From positions 67,706,001 to 67,770,000 of the forward strand of contig CM052816.1 in the NCBI GenBank assembly GCA_028534125.1: DNA of 64,000 nucleotides. The letters run 5' to 3'. Positions 56,561 to 64,000 of this stretch are shown here, piece after piece (the first letter of the stretch is position 1; each line of letters starts with the position of its first letter). Under the pieces are notes generated by a model. That model had not been told where the DNA came from. It saw only the letters and a list, made by a program, of their open reading frames with translations, and searched no databases. This DNA is from Lama glama (Eukaryota). Position numbers and translations under genes: made by a program.

Positions 56561-58879
56561 AATGGAAAAAGCACTATTTACATGTTAATGATTTATTTAG
56601 ACTTTTCTTCAGGATTCAGTGTGTCGTTTATTTCTCCCGTTCCCTTCTTTTCCTCCACCCGGTTTGTCTGTGATGGGAAATCTCCCATAACCCGGGAACC
56701 GAGTCCCTAGATTTATTTTGTGAAACATGAATTAAGGCCAGAGAGTAGGGGGCGGAGGGGGAAGGTTCCTCAGGAAGAGGAAGGAGAGCTCTGTCTTGTC
56801 AGTATTCATATATTTAGACAAGTCTAAACTGTCTACGAAATAATTCCTTTGACTTCTTGGAAGTAAAATGAAAGCCCCCTTCCCGGTATAGATGTTAACT
56901 GAGGAGGGTGGTGATATCCGAGGGACTTTTAAAACGGGTTCAGGTTTCGTATTAGCTTAGTGTTTTGAATACTGCTGCAACATCTACCATAAGATACTTT
57001 TAGTTACAATCAATGGTACAAATTTTGAAACTTTAGATAAATCTGTTAAAATGTTAAGTCTCATTTAGGCTACAATTATACAGTCTTTTAAGGGTAGCCA
57101 AGTGTATCATCCAAAGCAAACAGTAGTTATTTCCCAGGTCTTCCCGTATGGCCACACCCACCAAACCCTACATTGGAAAGAATAAATCTTCCTCTTTCCT
57201 AGTCAGATCAGAAAACCTTTGAGTTGGCACACACATACTTAGGTACCTGTAAATGAGAAGAGTAAGTAGATGCCACCTTCAGCCTTTCAAAATTATTCCA
57301 ATTTTGATGTTTGGCCAGAGTAGCAAAGTAGAATGGGATTCCAGCAAAACATTTACTTTTGCCTCTTCATTTGTACACAGCGATGAAAATGGGACCAAGT
57401 GAGGGGTGTACCAAATTCAAACACTATCAACTAGCCACAGTTCTCTGACCTCCTCCATCCATCACACCACCATGGAGAAATCTAAGTGCTGGTCTTTCAC
57501 CTAGTTTTTGGTGCTTTGAGTCATCTGTTCCTTAACCTTTTATGTAAATATCCGGGTTGTCACTGTGCATCTAGACACTGACAAACCGATTTTTTTTTTT
57601 TGAAGAGAGAAAAATAATCAAAGGACATGCTTGACTGAAGAGTGTTCTTCCTCTGCCATATGTCAGTACGAAGTCTTCATTGAAGATAATTTAACCCATG
57701 GGATTGCTACCATAGTTTTTGCATTTTAAGACTCTAGCTCTGGTTTCTGTGCTTTTGCATTCTGCTTTATAATGTTGCATAAAGACATATGTCAAATTGC
57801 CTAAATTTGATTTCTTTAATGACAGAAAGGAGACTTGCGTATCTTCAAAGGTTGCTTGTACACTGAAAATTCTAGTTACTATTTCTAAGCTCTTTATTTC
57901 TATCCTCTCAGATACAAATGTTGCAGTGATTTCATTTATACCAGGACAACTTTGGTAACCTTTACACCAGTGCTTTACAGATCACTGCTTCTACGTAGTG
58001 CTCCTGGGAACTGCCTAAGCCACACTTCAGTTCCTACATCACACTCATTTGGAGGATCCAATTTAATATTCCTCATCATGCATGAATATCACTGCTATTA
58101 GAATGAACGGATTTAATATGCACTGGCAGCAATATTTCAGCCTGTCCATCTTTCATCATATATTTATTAAATGCCTACTAAGCACATACAAAGAGTTTTC
58201 TTCTCTCGACATACTGGGTTTTTTTCTTCCATATTTACAAAATTAAATAAAATGTTCCCATTTGCAAATATTTTTATTAGTGGATATTTATCAGGCTAAC
58301 TCTGGTAGAATTTCAGATCCATCAATGTGTGTGTGTTTTCATGCCTCTGTTTGTGAGATCTATGTCTTAGGTAGACATAGACAGTCAGAAGGTAACCTTG
58401 AGAATAGAGTAAAAGCTGGTGTTCTGTCAGACTTGTAAATATTTATTATGGAATACTTGCAGGAGAGTTGGGGCTAGAAGTAGGTTTCCCATCTTCTTTT
58501 CAGACATCATACTTCCCAGGTGTTTCCAGATGTTCTAAGTCAGGAAATTTGTCATTCGTGGGATAATTGGCCCTCTACAAGAACACTGTAGGTGATATTA
58601 TAGTATAAAGTTTCTTAACCTACCTCCGTTTCGCTGACTTCTCCAATAACAGATACCTGTCATTCCCAGCGTGGTGTGTAGCATACAGAGGGATGCCACA
58701 GCATGATGATTGCCCATGACACCTGCACACTTCTGCTGCCACTGGGTGAGTTATGGACCCCAAGAGAATCCATTATATTTGGTCCAAACCTAATTACACC
58801 TATTGTAACTTTCCTTATGGAATTTAATTAAGTACTATTAAACTGATTATTAAATTAATAAAATATAAGTATGTATGTA

Positions 58880-59150
58880 CAAAACGAAAGCTGTTCCAAT
58901 GATAACTAAGTTAAATGCTTTGAAAGAATGAATGAAGGTGAGACACTGAAAAAAAGTCTCTACCAGATTAGTTGTATGATGATTGTGAAAGATGGGGCAA
59001 AAAGCATTAAAAAAAAATCTGTAAGAACTTTGCATGTACTATCACTTCTCACTTAAATTGAAAGAAACTCAAAGTGAAAATTGTAAACAATTACATATAT
59101 GAGAACGATACATGGGGCTTTGAATAGTGGACCCATACTCAAAGGACCAA
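58880..59150 (+). mobile_element. Decayed Tigger-type transposase 5' remnant (CENP-B-like HTH)
   Basis: With one frameshift reads roughly MITKLNAL-RMNEGETLKK, resembling pogo/Tigger N-terminal HTH; multiple stops. Confidence 0.4.
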
Positions 59151-59901
59151 GACCCTAACAGCCAAATACTGGTCAAAAAACCCCAAACTATACAAAACAA
59201 AACCCTGCTATTTATGTTTTAAGCTAAAAGAAAATATTTTATGCCATATATATTTTATTTATTTATTTATTCATTTATTTTTTTATTTTTATTTTTATTT
59301 ATGATTCCTTTTAATTAACCAGCCACCTAAACATTTTACATGTAGTTGTATGTACTTCAAATCAGAAACTCAATTTTGTAGTAAGTAATGAAAACCGGTT
59401 GAATTGGGATTTTATATTTAAAAAATAAAACTGCAACTTATGACATTTGATCAATCTCAGTTAGCAAAATTCTGCTTGCCTTTGCAACTCTGCACTGATT
59501 CTTTGAATTATTTGAATGAGCCATGTTGGTTGCTGTTTTTTGATGTATGTTGTGATATTCTTTTTCCAATTTATTTTTGTGGCTTGATAATAACTATCAT
59601 TTTTGCAAAAAATATTCAAAGATTTCATACATTTCCCCAAGGTACTCCTACAATATTCAGTTGCTTTCTTTGAATCTGTATCCTTGTTGGTTTTCTCTTC
59701 CTTTGTGGTCCACTGGTCCAGCTCTGCTAAATCCTACACTGACAAGACTTTATATGTGATGTAAGAAGTTTTGTACCACTTCCAGTTGCTTAGTCAATTT
59801 CTGCATCTTTTACAATATTTGCACCTTCACTTTGCAATGGATTCGTGTTGTTTTGGGGTCAAAGCTGCTAAAGAGGTATACAAAATTGGTATCCACTAGA
59901 G

Positions 59902-60195
59902 CAGTGCCATGCCATCTGATAAAATATAATGCAAACCAGAAATGCAAGTCACATACGCAATTTAAGATTTTCTAGTAGCCACATTAAAAAAAAAAACTAA
60001 AAAGCAACAAATGAAGTTAATTTCAATAATAAATTTTATGTTCCATACTATATGCAAAATGTTACTATTTCAATATGTAATCAATATTAAAATATTACTA
60101 ATGAGATCTTTTACTATTTATTTTTTACTAGATTTTTGAAATTCAAGTGCTCAAAAGGCACGTATAGATAGTGGTGAGTGTATCAGACATCATAG
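59902..60195. mobile_element. MER33-like hAT-Charlie MITE
   Basis: aagattttctagtagccacattaaaaa...atttcaatatgtaatcaata...ttcaagtgctcaa. Flanked by cactagag (59894-59901) and ccctagag (60196-60203), a 7/8 TSD match. Confidence 0.8.
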
Positions 60196-62253
60196 CCCTA
60201 GAGCCATTGTAGCTAAGAGTTAGGAGTTTCATGGTCTATTAAATGGCTAGTTAGGCCAGATTAGTGTATACCTAAATACCCACATTTTTTTTAAAAAAAT
60301 CCACATTTATATGTTCAGGAGATAAAGAATCACAATAAATATAAATTAGTAACATGTAACTAAGCAAATTAGTCTCTACTTCAAATAAATTTTAGGTACC
60401 ATTGTCAGTTATCTTTTAAACTATAATTCTGATTTTGTCCCCTCTCCTCAAACACTTTAGTTGTTCCACCTTACATAGACAGTAGAATCCAAATTCCTTC
60501 TTTCATTCATTCAGCAAATATTAAGTATATTCATTCCCATGTACTGCATACCATGCAAAACCCAGGAATTCCACAGGGATCAAAGTAGACATGCCATCTA
60601 CCCTGATGGAGCTCCCAGTCTATCACAGCCCTCTGCTTTCCACCACTGGCTGTTCAGTGCTCAGCAGAGTTCACCCTGTCCTGCGCCTGGGCTCCAGCCA
60701 CAAATAGCCATTCCCCAGTTCGGGAACAGGTCATGCTCTCTTTCTTCCATGCTTTCACCCATGAGCCCTCTTCTCCCGAAGACACTTCCTTAAATCCACC
60801 TCACCCCCAGACTCTGGCCACCACCACCCCTGGGCCAGTCCCATTCCTAACATTTGGAGTCTCAGGGTGAGTACAAATGAAGGCCCCATACAACACTTAA
60901 AATTATTTAAATGTCCACATGTAAACCAACAGCAGGTAAAATATGTTTTAGGCTTCTACCTTGATAAATAAACCTTTGTAAGGACAAAATTGAATGCTAT
61001 ATGTAAAATTATGATTTTTATATGACTGACAACAAAATATTAAAGACAATTGTATTTATATCTGTGTGCTCCATTGATGGGCTGATAATATATAAGGAAT
61101 AAAATAAAGACATATATTAAATTCCTATTTTTATTTACACAAAATTTCTAATTATATTGTTATAATTGGGATTTTTCACACAATTTGCATTTGCTCACTT
61201 GAGACAATCTAATTACCCATTATTATTAAAAGACAAAATTTATTTTAAGACATGAATTTGATGAATATCAAAATTTTAAATAAAATTATATAAATAAAGC
61301 TGAATTTTTAACTTTTTGAACATTTAATTAAATGTCTTTAAATATTTTATTAGAATAAAATCATTTGAAATTCCAGCATTCAATAGCCATATGGTTGCCA
61401 ACGTAAGGAATAGTGACACCCTTCACACGTTTTGTCTATACCTCCATAAATACATATCTAAGTCATACTACTGCTGAATATTGCAATATTTTTCTCAGTG
61501 TTTATGTGCAGCTGTTGTGAGTACTGCCCTAATGGGTAGGTAGCTCAATACCAATGAAACAGGACGAAAAGAGAAGCAAGAATGTGGACACTCAGATAAA
61601 TAGGATATGACACGTTGGTATTCAGGAATCCATCACATTCCTGTTAGCAGAGGGGCAGATTTGGCAAGTTAGCTTGTCTCTTCTCTTACTAAACACTTCT
61701 ACTAGTGAGATTCTCCCTGACTGCAAGTTAACATTGATCTCCAATGTCGGCTGCAGCATAGCCACAGACCTTCTTGACATGTCAGGGCCATGGGACAAGT
61801 CATGTGAAGGTGTTGGTCTTGAGAGCAAATGTTTAGGGTTATGGGTCATGATGAGTCAGCACAGCACACCAGACCTGAGTGACCACGGTAGCTGTGCATT
61901 CTTTAGTAAATTTGTTTTTCCAAGTGTGTCATGGATGGTGTGTTGTATCCTCCTACCCAGGTCTGAGGGAGGTACTGCTAGGCACCTGCTATGGGTATGC
62001 CCCGTTCCACGGGGCACAGAAGTAGAGGGAGTGAGACAATGCCCTTTCCCTCAGAGGACTTCCAGAAACTGCCTTGTGCAAGAGCTACTTTTGTCCATGT
62101 CCATGTTATCCACCACCTTATGAGACCCTGGAGAAAGAGACCATCTCCTCTTCATCATTCCTGCCTCCCTAGAGTCCCTAGATCAGTGCCTTGCAAGTAG
62201 TAGATGCTCAATTAAGAGAAGTTGATGAAAGTTGTTACAAAACACTCACTGTT

Positions 62254-62343
62254 GGGGGAAGGAAGGTATAGCTCAGCAGTAGAGTGCATGTTTAGCATGC
62301 ACAAGGTCCTGGGTTCAATCCCCAGCCCTTCCAAGAAGAAAAG
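62254..62343 (+). mobile_element. Second tRNA-Ala-derived (Vic-1-like) SINE
   Basis: ggtatagctcagcagtagagtgcatgtttagcatgcacaaggtcctgggttcaatccccag, homologous to the 45275 copy. Confidence 0.85.
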
Positions 62344-62659
62344 TACCAACTATCTAAGACTCCTCAAGATTTGATCCTTAATTCCAACCATTCTCTTCCT
62401 AACAGGGGAAGGGTTCTCCTTCTTTCAAATAGTACTATTTTATTTGCAAATATAATTGTGCACTTTCTTTAGAAGAAAGTGAGAATTTATTTCTACATGT
62501 ACTCTAATTGTCTCTTATTGGGGATAATTGGGAAAGAGGAAGGGAGATCGAGAAAAAGGGAGGGAAGGGAGAGGAGAAGGGAAGGGAGAGGAGAAGGAAA
62601 GAGAGAACGGGAAAGGACTGGGGAGAGGGAATCTAAAATGCAGAAGACAATGGCAGAAT

Positions 62660-62795
62660 TTGAAAATATATGTACATACATATGTATGTATATGTATAAC
62701 TGAATCTCTTTGTTGTACACCTGAAACTAACGTTGTAAATCAACTACACTTCAAAACAAAATTTTAAAAAAATTAAATTAAAAATAATTTTAAAG
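62660..62795 (+). mobile_element. L1 extreme 3' end with A-rich tail
   Basis: tatgtataactgaatctctttgttgtacacctgaaactaacgttgtaaatcaactacacttcaa followed by an A-rich tail. Confidence 0.8.
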
Positions 62796-62914
62796 AAGAA
62801 GAGAATGGCAGAAAAGGAGCTGTATTTGTAACATAGGAAACAAATCCGAGAATTTGTAGGAAGAGGATCCTGAAAAGTTTCCAGGGAGTGTAGGATGTTA
62901 GAAATTATTGATAA

Positions 62915-63150
62915 TTATAAACAATTTATTGAGCACTTACTATATGCCAGTATGGTGATAAGTGCTTCATGTATATTAACTTATTTAATCTACACAACCC
63001 TATGAAGTAGGCACCAACAGCATCTCTACTTTACAGATGAAGAAACTGAAGCACAGAGAGGTTAAGTAACTTAACCAAGGTTACTCAGCCAGGAAGTAGT
63101 GAAGGTGATATTTGAAGTTAGATACTCTGGCTGTACAGCCCATTCTTCTA
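62915..63150 (-). mobile_element. MIR SINE
   Basis: atttattgagcacttactatatgccag...tttacagatgaagaaactgaagcacagagaggttaagtaactt. Confidence 0.85.
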
Positions 63151-63552
63151 ACCTTAAAGCTGCAGTAGATATCCATTATTACTAATATAACATATAAAAT
63201 TTCTTTGTTGATTTTCAATGGTTAGATATTATTTTCTTAGTGAACATAAAAATATTCATAAGATCTTTCAGAGTTTTTGCTTCAGTGAAGTTTTTATTCC
63301 CTAATGCTTTAAGCATCTCAAGTGAAAACTTTACCATGGGTATCTTCACTAACATACTCGTTGAATGGGGAAAAGGATAGTATACTCTGTGTTATTTTTT
63401 TAACCCAAGGTTCCAAGCTGTTTTAAATCTTATATTTAAAAAAAATCTTCGTATACCAAACATAAAAAATGACCTTTGAATTACTATGAATCTTTAAATT
63501 CATTACACAAAGAAATGGAAATTAATAGCTAATCTAAATAGTCTCTGAAAAG

Positions 63553-63935
63553 GTGTGGTAGAGGTGGCTGCCCACCAAATTCCCTCTCTCCATCCATTGC
63601 CATACAGTTATGGTTGGGAAGCAGCTGCTTAGCCATTGTGGGGACTCCATTTCCCAGCCTGCCTTGCAGCTAGGTATGGCCATGTGACTGGTTCTCATCA
63701 ACAGAATATGCACCGTGGTTTCAAACAAATGGCACTGACTGAAGACAGATGACTACAATGCCCTGTGGGATGGCAGAGCAGCAGAACAAAAGGGTCCCTG
63801 AATGACTAGGTGGAGGACAACCCCTCTAGACAACTTCCTGAATTCCTTCCCAGGAAAAAAATTCAATTTTTTTGACTAAGGAATAAAATTCTAGTGTCTT
63901 GTACCATTACTTGTTTAATCTTTTTGTTATAGCTG
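63553..63935 (+). mobile_element. MLT1-like MaLR LTR
   Basis: tgtggtaga...catttcccagcctgccttgcagctaggtatggccatgtgactggttct...gggatggcagagca. Confidence 0.7.
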
Positions 63936-64000
63936 TTTAATATACCCTAAATAATACAGTATAATTTTCTTTGTTCTCTAATGCATTGTAATCCTTATAG

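Noticed and set aside
53814..56710. Many overlapping 100-300 aa ORFs on both strands around exon 1
   Set aside because: Arg/Pro/Gly/Ala-rich products expected from stop-codon scarcity in a CpG island. Only the frame containing [11 protein letters not shown] is supported.

Overview
Mammalian genomic DNA, probably camelid: it carries two tRNA-Ala(AGC)-derived Vic-1-like SINEs and I recognised no Alu, Bov-tA or PRE-1 SINEs. The window holds the 5' part of MAP3K1 (MEKK1) on the minus strand. This comprises a CpG-island promoter (~53.9-56.6 kb), coding exon 1 (ATG at 55455), a 38.3-kb intron 1 and exons 2-11. All introns are GT-AG with consistent phases, giving 2087 coding nt (codons 1-696: SWIM finger, RING/PHD finger, start of the TOG/armadillo-like region). 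Exon 12 onward, including the kinase domain, lies beyond position 1. Introns and the upstream flank contain ordinary repeats (L1, L2, MIR, MaLR LTRs, hAT and Tigger fossils, microsatellites). I see no new multi-gene system. The most notable signals the annotation does not explain are: a perfect 24-bp-stem hairpin in intron 1 whose 3' arm begins with the miR-141/200a seed; five perfect AP-1 sites plus forkhead motifs within 1.1 kb of intron 1 (candidate JNK/AP-1 feedback enhancer); a ~130-bp palindrome-containing unit duplicated 1.9 kb apart; an ATG-TAG start-stop element 13 nt before the start codon; an open in-frame 5' extension; a template-switch-like inversion in a young L1; and gene-sense L1 3' ends carrying poly(A) signals. 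Repeat family names and human comparisons come from memory, not from a search.
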